64,000 bases of DNA from an uncultured Verrucomicrobiae bacterium (GTDB taxonomy: Bacteria; Verrucomicrobiota; Verrucomicrobiia; Limisphaerales; Palsa-1400). Numbering within the stretch: position 1 is the first letter of the stretch; every line of letters begins with the position of its first letter. Position numbers and translations under genes: made by a program. Shown piece by piece: positions 1 through 7,838 of the stretch. Where the stretch lies: assembly GCA_963764165.1 (NCBI GenBank), contig CAVXRD010000002.1, positions 2,208,001 through 2,272,000 on the forward strand, in the 5' to 3' direction. The notes under the pieces are model-generated. The model was not told the origin of the DNA. It saw only the letters and a list, made by a program, of their open reading frames with translations, and made no database searches.

Positions 1-2
1 TT

Positions 3-938
3 GCGCGGGACAATTTTTGGCTGACGCAGCGCACCATGTCCGAACTTTTTGGCGTAAAGATACCTGCCGTAACCAAACACCTGAAAAACATCTTTGAATC
101 TGGAGAATTGGTGGAAAATTCAGTTATTTCCATTTTGGAAACAACTGCCGCCGATGGCAAAAACTACGCAACCCATTTTTACAATCTCGACGCGGTGATT
201 GCCGTGGGATACCGGGTCAATTCCGTCAAGGCCACCCATTTTCGGATTTGGGCGACGAACACCTTGCGGGATTACATCGTCAAGGGCTTTGTCGTCAACG
301 ATCAACTGCTCAAAAACGGGCGTGAATTCGGCAAGGATTATTTTGACGAGTTGCTGGAGAAAATCCGGGAAATCCGGGCCAGCGAGCGCCGGGCGTATCA
401 GAAGATCGCCGATGTATTCGAGCAGTGCAGCAGCGATTACCGGGGCAGCAGCGAGGAAACGCAGTTGTTTTACAAGATGGTGCAAAATCAGCTTCATTTT
501 GCAACCACCGGCAAAACCGCCGCCGAAATCGTTTATCAGCGGGCGGACAGCGACAAGCCGTTCATGGGGCTGACGACATGGAAGAACTCGCCCCACGGCA
601 AGATTCTCAAGGGGGATGTGACCATAGCAAAGAATTACCTGAACCAGATTGAGGTTTCAAAATTGAACCGGCTGGTGGGCATGTTCATTGATTATGCGGA
701 ACTGCGGGCGTTGAACCGGCAGGTGATGACGATGAAGGACTGGGTGAAGCAGGTCGAAAAATTTTTGAACTATACGGATCAGCAGGTGCTTCGTCATGCC
801 GGGAAAATCTCGCACGAAATGGCCGTGGCGAAGGCGCATGGCGAATTTGAAAAATTTCGCGTCAAGCAGGATGCCGAATATATCTCGGACTTCGATCAGG
901 CTTTGGCGCGATATCTGAAGGGGAAAGACGAACCATGA
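3..938 (+). CDS. RhuM-family (virulence RhuM / DNA-binding) protein, 5'-truncated by the window edge
   Basis: Frame is open from position 3 (ARDNFWLTQRTMSELF). Family motifs WLTQ..M.ELF, YNLDAVIAVGYRVNS..ATHFRIWAT, DYFDELLEKIREIRASERR and AKNYL are present. Confidence 0.88.
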   Translation, partial: ARDNFWLTQRTMSELFGVKIPAVTKHLKNIFESGELVENSVISILETTAADGKNYATHFYNLDAVIAVGYRVNSVKATHFRIWATNTLRDYIVKGFVVNDQLLKNGREFGKDYFDELLEKIREIRASERRAYQKIADVFEQCSSDYRGSSEETQLFYKMVQNQLHFATTGKTAAEIVYQRADSDKPFMGLTTWKNSPHGKILKGDVTIAKNYLNQIEVSKLNRLVGMFIDYAELRALNRQVMTMKDWVKQVEKFLNYTDQQVLRHAGKISHEMAVAKAHGEFEKFRVKQDAEYISDFDQALARYLKGKDEP

Positions 939-1046
939 ACCCACACGTCAACGCCATAGCCGGCCCTTTAGCTTGCGATCACCGGCGCGCCGACGTGCAA
1001 GTCTGAAAATTCCTGACCAGTCTAATTTTTTGAGGCGCCGATTTAT

Positions 1047-1210
1047 GGAAGGGCGGACCTGCGTGTCCGCCAAATATTTCCCAATCCTTCTTATGACCGC
1101 CATGGCGACGCTTTTCCATGCCAAGCAGGGAGAAAAACGCATTTAGGGCGTTCCAAGAATGATTATGAGACGGGAAAAATATTTGGGTGGAGATACAGCT
1201 CCGCCCTGCC
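1047..1210. repeat. Inverted pair of REP-like palindromes (family A: GGCAGGGCGGACCTGYGTGTCCGCCCAAATA)
   Basis: One copy at 1047-1079 and a degenerate reverse copy at 1177-1210. The same unit recurs at 2944-2975 and 15723-15755. Confidence 0.75.
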
Positions 1211-1883
1211 ACGCAGGAGCTGGTTTGCCCAAAACCGATGTCATATTTGGACGGCAGAGTATTCAATGGTTTCCGTGGGTTGGCACACGCACTTTGAAAA
1301 CGCTTTCGCTTCTCGCCAAGTCTGCGAAAATTACGAGTGAAATTGATCAGATTTCCATTACTTACCACCTTTCCTCGCAAGATGATTTTTTTGCGCATCT
1401 CCGTGAAGTCGCCAATTCCACGCCAGACCCCATTGCTCTTGCACGCCTGATGCCGATAAAAGCGGTCGAAAAATTCGATGATTTTGTCCCTGAAGACTTA
1501 CTTGATCAGGCGAATGCCCAAAGCAGACTGGATATTTGCGGCGCTTTAGACGCGTGTCGCCTCTGCAGTGCTTAAGTCAATCAACCTACGTGAATTCTTA
1601 CCTTGGGACTTGCGTGCAAAAAGCGGGTCGGGATGCGGAATAGGCTCAGCGATGTAGCGGTTGTAGCGGTATCTTTGAGATTATATAATTATCAATTCTC
1701 GCAACCGCCCTTGCGACTATTCGGAGACGCACGATGCCGCACACGGAGCTTGGAGAATCTTCGTTGTGTCGGTTCTACATCGATTCACCCGACTTGCAGG
1801 AAGAAGCGGGAAAGACCGTCCTCGCACAGGCCGAATTGCTTTGCGCGGAGTGGGTTTAAGCACATCCGCGCTTGGCGCGGTTT

Positions 1884-1966
1884 TGTGACGGCTCTGTGTG
1901 AGGGTTTGTGACGGTATTTGTGACGGTTTAAGTGCTTGATTGACAACATTGTGACGGGTGTGACGG
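1884..1966. repeat. Direct-repeat array: 4 x TGTGACGG, TTGA-N3-ACAA core, 2 x TGTGACGG
   Basis: Units start at 1884, 1897 (TGTGAGGG), 1907, 1919, 1950 and 1959. Core TTGATTGACAA at 1936-1946. Confidence 0.85.
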
Positions 1967-2023
1967 CTTTTTAGGGGGGTATGGCATGTATACCCCGGGC
2001 ATTGAAACGCCCGCTTTGGCGTG

Positions 2024-2082
2024 GTATCACCAAATCGCAGCAATTCGCACCAAATATCACCAAATCGCACCTGTTTTCTGAA
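2024..2082. repeat. 10-bp-period tandem repeat (TCGCACCAAA-like), second copy at 18345-18403
   Basis: TATCACCAAA TCGCAGCAAT TCGCACCAAA TATCACCAAA TCGCACCTGTTTT, nearly identical to the block at 18345-18403. Confidence 0.8.
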
Positions 2083-2165
2083 TCCTCCTTTTCTGCCTGC
2101 CCGGCATTCAACCGCCTCCCGCCGGAAGAATGCAGCGGGTTTGCAGCGGCTCTGTAGCTCTGGAA

Positions 2166-2388
2166 ATCCCGAAGGGATTTTATCATTCAGCCCAGCGTTG
2201 GCCCGATTCTGAGAGGGCCTACGCTGGGTCATGGCGTTTAAAAGTTCACCACCCTGAAAGGGTTGAATACCAGATGCTTATGGAGGCGATACAACTCTTT
2301 CAGAGTTGATGACTTCTTGGCATTGACCCAGGGTAGCCCTCTCGCAATCGGGCAACCTTGGGCTAGATGATCCAAATCCCGTTGGGAT
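2166..2388. repeat. Composite palindromic (BIME/REPIN-like) element
   Basis: ATCCCGAAGGGAT...CAGCCCAGCGTTGG..CCTACGCTGGG...ACCCTGAAAGGGTTG is mirrored by CAACTCTTTCAGAGTTG...ACCCAGGGTAGC..GCAACCTTGGGCT...ATCCCGTTGGGAT. Confidence 0.7.
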
Positions 2389-2452
2389 AGAGCGGCGGGT
2401 CGTGACCTGAAATACAACGCGGCTATTTCACTGAAAATGTGGAGGAACGAAA

Positions 2453-2535
2453 TGTTGCAGTACCTGTTGCAGTCTTGTTGCACTAAATGTTGCAGTTTAT
2501 CTCATTGAGAATCAACGATGTAGCGGTTGTAGCGG
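2453..2535. repeat. Direct-repeat array: 4 x TGTTGCAG, TTGAGAATCAA core, 2 x TGTAGCGG
   Basis: Units start at 2453, 2465, 2476, 2488, 2519 and 2528, with the core at 2505-2515. The right half (GATGTAGCGGTTGTAGCGGTAT.TTTGAGATTATATA) is duplicated at about 1651-1688. Confidence 0.85.
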
Positions 2536-2556
2536 TATTTTTGAGATTATATATAT

Positions 2557-2768
2557 AATCTGGAACGACCGAACTCAGGAAAAGAGGCTTGGGTCGCTTT
2601 TCAGAAGTTGGTGGTGATCCTGATACTGGAATCACTGCTCAACGGCACACCCAAACCAACAATGTGCGTGAATCCAACTTCAGTCTCTTTTCCTGCGTTC
2701 GGTCGTTCCTGATTCAATATTCCGAATTTTTCCTCCAAAAATCGTGCCGAAAACACTCTGGTAGGTTT
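2557..2768. repeat. Inverted repeat pair plus flank, related to 18105-18193
   Basis: AATCTGGAACGACCGAACTCAGGAAAAGAGGCT (2557-2589) is inverted at 2682-2714. GTTCC.GATTCAATA...CAAAAATCG..CTCTGGTAGGTTT recurs at about 18129-18193. Confidence 0.7.
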
Positions 2769-2900
2769 TTCATCCAGCTCTAGCCGTGCCAGAGTGCGGC
2801 CATGACTATTTATGATGGGACTGAGAGGAAAGGACTTGGACCTGAGGTTCCAAGGACGAGGCGGGGGTTAGCGGGGGCAAGGGAGTGGGTGAGGCACTCG

Positions 2901-2980
2901 ATAATATTTGGGCGGCGACGCAGCACCGCCCTACCTCAATCTGGCAGGGCGGACCTGTGTGTCCGCCCAAATACTCTCCC
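2901..2980. repeat. Intact REP doublet (family A), the uninterrupted counterpart of the IS1182 target
   Basis: ATAATATTTGGGCGGCGACGCAGCACCGCCCTACC.CAAT.TGGCAGGGCGGACCTGTGTGTCCGCCCAAATA matches the joined flanks 13995-14015 and 15699-15755. Confidence 0.8.
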
Positions 2981-3136
2981 CCGCTTCCCATCACACCCAT
3001 GGCCGGGATTTGCCTCCGAATCGTTGTAGTCTATTGCACCCTGTTGCACCCTTGGGTTTTTGATGCCAGGAAAGCCCCGCCCGGCCGGGATTTGGCGTTT
3101 CCATCGGCGATGGATTGCTCCAACATGATGCCGCCG

Positions 3137-4018
3137 ATGAGAATCCTCGATGTCATCCAGCGCAGCACCGATTTCCTGGCTCGGAAGGGGGTTGCCTCGC
3201 CGCGCCTGCAAGTCGAGCTGCTGCTGGCTCATGTGCTCAAATTGCCGCGCATGCAGCTCTATCTCAATTTCGAGCGGATGCTGACGGAGCCGGAGCTGAA
3301 GACTTTGCGCGAATTCGTGCAGCGGCGCGGCCAGCGCGAGCCGCTCCAATACGTCGTCGGGACGACATCGTTTTGCGGCTTGGAGATCGCCGTGGATCGA
3401 AGCGTCCTGATTCCCAGGCCGGAAACTGAAATGCTGGCGGAACGGGCGTGGACGTTTTTGCAAAAACGCGAGGCATCGCCCAAGGTGTTGGAAATTGGCG
3501 CGGGCAGCGGCTGTCTTTCCATCGCGGTCGCGCATTACGCCCCGGCGGCGATGGTTTATGCGACGGATTTTAGCGAACCCGCGCTGGAGATGGCGCGAAG
3601 GAATGCGCTGGCCAACGGAGTTTCGGAGCGGGTGCAATTTCATCAGGGCGATCTTCTTGCCTCCGTGCCGATCGGCGAAAAATTCGATTTAATCCTTTCC
3701 AATCCACCCTACATTCCCAGTGGCCGCATCAAGACCCTGGAAATCGAAGTGCGCGACCATGAACCGCGCAGCGCCCTGGACGGCGGCCTCGACGGACAGG
3801 ATTTTTATCGCCGCATCGCCGCCGAAACAAAGAGCCGCCTGAAACCAGACGGATGCCTGATGCTGGAATTGGACGCCGACGGCGCGGGCGAGACGGCGGC
3901 CATATTCGCGAACGCGGGCTGGCGGGGTGGAATTATCGAGAAGGATTATAATGGGTTTTCGAGAATTTTTATTGCAGATTTGCCTGAACACAGCCACGTT
4001 GCGGCTGTCAAACAATAA
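3137..4018 (+). CDS. prmC: Release factor glutamine N5-methyltransferase (PrmC/HemK)
   Basis: Motifs EPLQY..G, VLIPRPETE, LEIGAGSGC and SNPPY. Start placed at MRILDVIQ because the upstream ORF extension runs through REP repeats. Confidence 0.95.
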   Translation: MRILDVIQRSTDFLARKGVASPRLQVELLLAHVLKLPRMQLYLNFERMLTEPELKTLREFVQRRGQREPLQYVVGTTSFCGLEIAVDRSVLIPRPETEMLAERAWTFLQKREASPKVLEIGAGSGCLSIAVAHYAPAAMVYATDFSEPALEMARRNALANGVSERVQFHQGDLLASVPIGEKFDLILSNPPYIPSGRIKTLEIEVRDHEPRSALDGGLDGQDFYRRIAAETKSRLKPDGCLMLELDADGAGETAAIFANAGWRGGIIEKDYNGFSRIFIADLPEHSHVAAVKQ

Positions 4019-4050
4019 ATTGACATGACTAAACCGGCAAGGAGGCGCGC

Positions 4051-4467
4051 GTGAAGTTTTTGATCGGCTTGATCATCGTGGTGGGGTTGTCCCTCGGCGG
4101 CTACCAGCTCTACAGCTACTACCAGACCGTGGAGCAAAGGTCGGCGCTCCCGACGCCGCCGCAGAATTCCGCCCCGGCCGCTCCCGAGATAGACGGGAAC
4201 TTGCTGGCTGGCTTGCCGCGGGCACTGGACGGGGAGCTGCATGACGCGGAGCAGCGAGGCGCGCCGGCCCTCAAACAATTTCTGGCCGCGCACGGCAACG
4301 AGATCAAGGACCCGCGCCGGGCGTGGATTGAATTGGATTATGTGGTGCTGGCGGGCACGACAGACCCGGCGGAAGCGCGCCGCGTTTATTTTCACGTCAA
4401 GGATCGGATTACTCCCAGTTCGCCCGTTTACGGACGCTTCAAGCAGCTCCAGAAAACCTACGAGTAA
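4051..4467 (+). CDS. Hypothetical protein with N-terminal membrane anchor
   Basis: AGGAGG RBS and GTG start, hydrophobic N-terminus, Pro-rich linker, helical C-terminal domain. Confidence 0.75.
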   Translation: MKFLIGLIIVVGLSLGGYQLYSYYQTVEQRSALPTPPQNSAPAAPEIDGNLLAGLPRALDGELHDAEQRGAPALKQFLAAHGNEIKDPRRAWIELDYVVLAGTTDPAEARRVYFHVKDRITPSSPVYGRFKQLQKTYE

Positions 4468-4565
4468 TTCACGACGGGGTTCGCGAGCCCCTGCGAATAA
4501 TTTTCGCTCGCTTTCGATTTCGCCAGAGCTAATGTAAAGTTAACACACAACAAAGTGAGTTAATT

Positions 4566-5033
4566 ATGGACATCAGCTTCAAATGTCCGGTTTGCGACCA
4601 GGAACTGGAGGTCGATGAAAGCGGGGCAGGCTCAACGATTGATTGCCCCGCCTGCTCCAGCACCATCACCGTCCCCGGGCCGGAAACCACGACTGCAGCT
4701 CCTCCGCCGCCGCGGGCGCCCGCGCCGGAACCTCCCAAGGTCGAGAAGCATTTCACTGTGCCGGTGCATGACAAACCGACATCCGTCCCATTGTTGATTC
4801 AGCGGAGCAGCCGCCCTCTCGAAGTCGTGGCCAAGGAGGGCGACAAGAAAATGCGGATCAGAACTTTCAAGCGGATGGAGAACGAACCGTTCGATGAAAC
4901 CGTCTCGGCTTTCCTGGAGAAAGTGGGCCAGTCAAACATCGTCAGCGTCAGCCCGATTCATTACAGCTACGTGGATTCGGCCAGCCGCAATGCGGTGACG
5001 GATTTCGGCGTGGTGATTGTTTTCAAAGGATAG
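4566..5033 (+). CDS. Zinc-ribbon domain protein
   Basis: N-terminal CPVC-x16-CPAC, Pro-rich linker and a small C-terminal domain. Confidence 0.8.
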   Translation: MDISFKCPVCDQELEVDESGAGSTIDCPACSSTITVPGPETTTAAPPPPRAPAPEPPKVEKHFTVPVHDKPTSVPLLIQRSSRPLEVVAKEGDKKMRIRTFKRMENEPFDETVSAFLEKVGQSNIVSVSPIHYSYVDSASRNAVTDFGVVIVFKG

Positions 5034-5317
5034 GAGCGGCGGCTCGCGTCGAACAGGCTTATTCCCTCGCCGCTCCAGCGGGGCGGGCGTTTTTGGAGAG
5101 GCGGGACTCTGCAAGTTTCCCTCTCCATGAACTAACACCAAGGCACTCGGCGGAGCGAGGCTCCGGCCGAGCCAGTCTTCGCATGCCTTTCGCTCGTCTC
5201 CGCCGGAAATCGCGCAGATTCAAAACGGAGCGCCCAATGCAAGGTGGCGGGTCGTCGATTGTGCGACAAATGGCTTGCCCCTAAACTGGGTTGATCTGAG
5301 TCAATCTGTGGCTTCCC

Positions 5318-6679
5318 CTATTCGAGATTCAGAATGGCGGGATCACCGTAGAGCGTGAACGAGCCGGTTCGCGTTATTTTGACATCCATGACTTGGCCCT
5401 CATGCCGGGGGCTTCCGTCAAACAGAACGATTTTGTTGCAGCGGGTGCGGCCCATGTACCTGGCCGGGTTGTTCTTGCTCGGGCCTTCGACCAGGATTTG
5501 CGCCGTCTTTCCAATCTGGCTTTCGTAACGCTGCCGTCCAATGGCGTTAATCCGCTCAAGTGCCTGGGCGTGCCGCGCCTCCTTCAATTCCTCCGCGATC
5601 TGGCCCGGCATTTCCGCGGCGGGCGTATCCTTGCGCTGCGAGTATTTGAAAAGATAGGCGTTGTCGAACTGCGCTTCATTGATGAGCGAAATGGTGTCGT
5701 TGAAATCCTCCGCCGTTTCGCCAGGAAAGCCGACAATGATGTCGGTGGTGAGGCCAATCGAGGGCTGAACCTCGCGCAATTGGCCGAGGATTTCCAAAAA
5801 CCGGGCGCGGGTGTAGCCGCGATGCATCGCCTTGAGAACGCGGTCGCTCCCGCTCTGCAAGGGGAGATGCGCGCTCGGGCACAATTTCGGCAACCGCCCG
5901 TAAGCCGCGACCAAATCCGCCCCGTAACCCTTGGGATGCGGCGAGGTGAATCGAATGCGCTCCAATCCCTCGATTTCATGCACCGCCTCGATTAATTGAA
6001 CAAAAGCGGATTTGCCCTCCCGCGCCGGAATATCGCGCTTTCCGTAACTTGTCACGATCTGCCCAAGCAGCGTAATTTCTTTGACACCGCCGCGCACCAA
6101 TTCGCCGCACTCGGCCACGATGTCGGGGATGCTCCGGCTCCGCTCCTCGCCCCGCGTGTAAGGGACAATGCAGAACGTGCAGTATTGATTGCATCCCTGC
6201 ATGATGCTGACAAACGCGCTGACGCTGCGGCCGCGCTGCGCCTGGCCGTGAAGAAGATGTTCGCGGATGGCCGCCTCGCTGCCTTGCTCCGCGTCCGTTT
6301 CGACAATTTTTTGCCGGCGGCCGGAGAGAATTTCGTCGAGGTAATCGGCGGTGCGGTGAAATTTCTGTGTGCCAACGACGAGATCGACGTCCGGCAATTG
6401 GTCGATCAGGCGCTGGCCGCGGCTTTGCGCCATGCAGCCCATGAAGCCGAGGATGACTTCCGGGCGGTTGCGGCGAACTTCGGCGGCGATGTTCTGCATT
6501 TTGCCGATGGCTTTTTGCTCGGCCATGTCGCGCACGCTGCAAGTATTGAGCAGCACCACGTCCGCCACCGATTCCGAAGCCGCCAGCGAATACCCCTTGG
6601 CGACGAGCTGGGCCGCGACCGATTCCGAGTCGCGCTCATTCATCTGGCATCCGTAGGTTTTAATGAAAACGCTGGGCAT
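5318..6679 (-). CDS. miaB: tRNA-2-methylthio-N6-dimethylallyladenosine synthase MiaB
   Basis: IKTYGCQMNERDSE, NTCSVR, radical SAM CNQYCTFC and a C-terminal TRAM domain. Start at MPSVF. Confidence 0.96.
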   Translation of the reverse strand: MPSVFIKTYGCQMNERDSESVAAQLVAKGYSLAASESVADVVLLNTCSVRDMAEQKAIGKMQNIAAEVRRNRPEVILGFMGCMAQSRGQRLIDQLPDVDLVVGTQKFHRTADYLDEILSGRRQKIVETDAEQGSEAAIREHLLHGQAQRGRSVSAFVSIMQGCNQYCTFCIVPYTRGEERSRSIPDIVAECGELVRGGVKEITLLGQIVTSYGKRDIPAREGKSAFVQLIEAVHEIEGLERIRFTSPHPKGYGADLVAAYGRLPKLCPSAHLPLQSGSDRVLKAMHRGYTRARFLEILGQLREVQPSIGLTTDIIVGFPGETAEDFNDTISLINEAQFDNAYLFKYSQRKDTPAAEMPGQIAEELKEARHAQALERINAIGRQRYESQIGKTAQILVEGPSKNNPARYMGRTRCNKIVLFDGSPRHEGQVMDVKITRTGSFTLYGDPAILNLE

Positions 6680-6951
6680 TTGCAGCCGATCCGATCCGCT
6701 GCGGGCGAACCGAATTGTTATTCTATGTCCGCGCACGAGCGGTGTCGAGGCGGGTCTTTTCATGTGGCCGGTCGTGGGCGCATCTCAGTTTTTGTGAGGG
6801 CGGACTTCTGCCAAAAGCTGGGCAGGTCGACAAGTGATCGCTCTCACCCCGCCAAGCTTGGTGGGGAGAGAGAAGGAGAGAGGGGCAACTCATTAGAACT
6901 CGGAGAGGCCAGGCGCATTGAGGGCCGATGGATTTCAGTCGTTGCCTAACC

Positions 6952-6996
6952 GCCCCTCTCCCTAACCCTCTCCCCGCTACGCGGGGCGAGGGAATC
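6952..6996. repeat. REP element (family B: CCCCTCTCCCTAACCCTCTCCCC...GGGGCGAGGGAAT)
   Basis: 45 bp with 2 mismatches to the reverse-complement copy at 10295-10339. Degenerate partner at about 6841-6885 and a fragment at about 5061. Confidence 0.85.
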
Positions 6997-7173
6997 CGCG
7001 ACTCGTCGGCAAGGGATTGCCAATAAGTGAGATGCGCCCGCCGGTCGTCCGGCGCAAATCCAGTTATGGCAGGGACGCCTCGGCGAGGTGTCCCTGCCTT
7101 TTTTGCGCCTGTCAAAAACCCGATTGTAAAACATCCAGTTGCACGGCAAGAACAAAGGAGTATCTTACCGCAT

Positions 7174-7377
7174 ATGGACTGGCAGAAAATCGCGGCCCTG
7201 GCCGTCGTCGCAGCGACTGCGGGCTTGTTTCTGAGAGCGAATTTGCGCCGGCGCAAGTTCAGCTTCGAGCATGACACGCATTGTGGATGCTCCTCGGCGA
7301 ATTCCCCCCGCCCGACCGGTTCCATCGTCTTCAGCGCCCGCAAGGGATCCCGACCGAAGATCATTGTTAAGAGTTAA
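7174..7377 (+). CDS. Small membrane protein with a CGC motif (FeoB-associated Cys-rich-like)
   Basis: MDWQKIAALAVVAATAGLFL TM helix, basic patch and HCGCS, with AAGGAG upstream. Confidence 0.65.
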   Translation: MDWQKIAALAVVAATAGLFLRANLRRRKFSFEHDTHCGCSSANSPRPTGSIVFSARKGSRPKIIVKS

Positions 7378-7442
7378 TAACCGCAAGACGCCATACCCCA
7401 CCTTGCATAAACGAGCCTCATACGCTAATCTCCACCCTTGCC

Positions 7443-7829
7443 ATGTATAAGATAAGTTCCACGGCGCATCTCGCCAAGCAGCGCCTCGCATTGCGCAAAA
7501 ACAACGAAACCCACTGGTCACCCAACACTGATGTCTATCTCTGCGATTCTGGCCTCGTCATCAAGGTGGAGCTGGCCGGAATGCAGCGCGAAAATTTAGA
7601 ATTGACCGTCGATGAGAACAACCTCCGCATCAGCGGTCATCGCCCCGACGGCTCCCGCGCCTCGCAATGCAAATTCCTGGCGATGGAAATTGACTACGGC
7701 GCCTTCGAGACTGTCATTGAGCTGCCCGAAGGCTGTGATGTCAGCCGCGGCAAAGCAGTTTACCAGAACGGTTTCCTTCGCATCGATATCCCCCTCTCCA
7801 ATAGCCGACCGGCCCCCGACGCGGATTAA
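7443..7829 (+). CDS. Hsp20/alpha-crystallin small heat-shock protein
   Basis: WSPNTDVY...VELAG...L.ISG.R...EIDYGAF...LP...A.YQNGFLRI.IP. Confidence 0.92.
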   Translation: MYKISSTAHLAKQRLALRKNNETHWSPNTDVYLCDSGLVIKVELAGMQRENLELTVDENNLRISGHRPDGSRASQCKFLAMEIDYGAFETVIELPEGCDVSRGKAVYQNGFLRIDIPLSNSRPAPDAD

Positions 7830-7838
7830 TCCACGGGC

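Noticed and set aside
3..938. RhuM gene as part of a defence or pathogenicity island
   Set aside because: Upstream context is outside the window and no partner genes follow it.
1159..1575. 138-aa ORF (and the opposite-strand 979-1398 ORF)
   Set aside because: Begins inside a REP copy and has no recognisable motif. It could be a gene remnant but I cannot support that.
1884..2535. CRISPR array
   Set aside because: Units are 8-10 bp with 1-5 bp gaps, there are no 30-40 bp unique spacers, and no cas genes are present.
2885..3136. N-terminal extension of PrmC; similar extensions of miaB (to 6763), tcdA (to 23339), folE2 (from 26356) and coaE (to 29164)
   Set aside because: These run through repeats or neighbouring genes and lie outside the conserved family starts.
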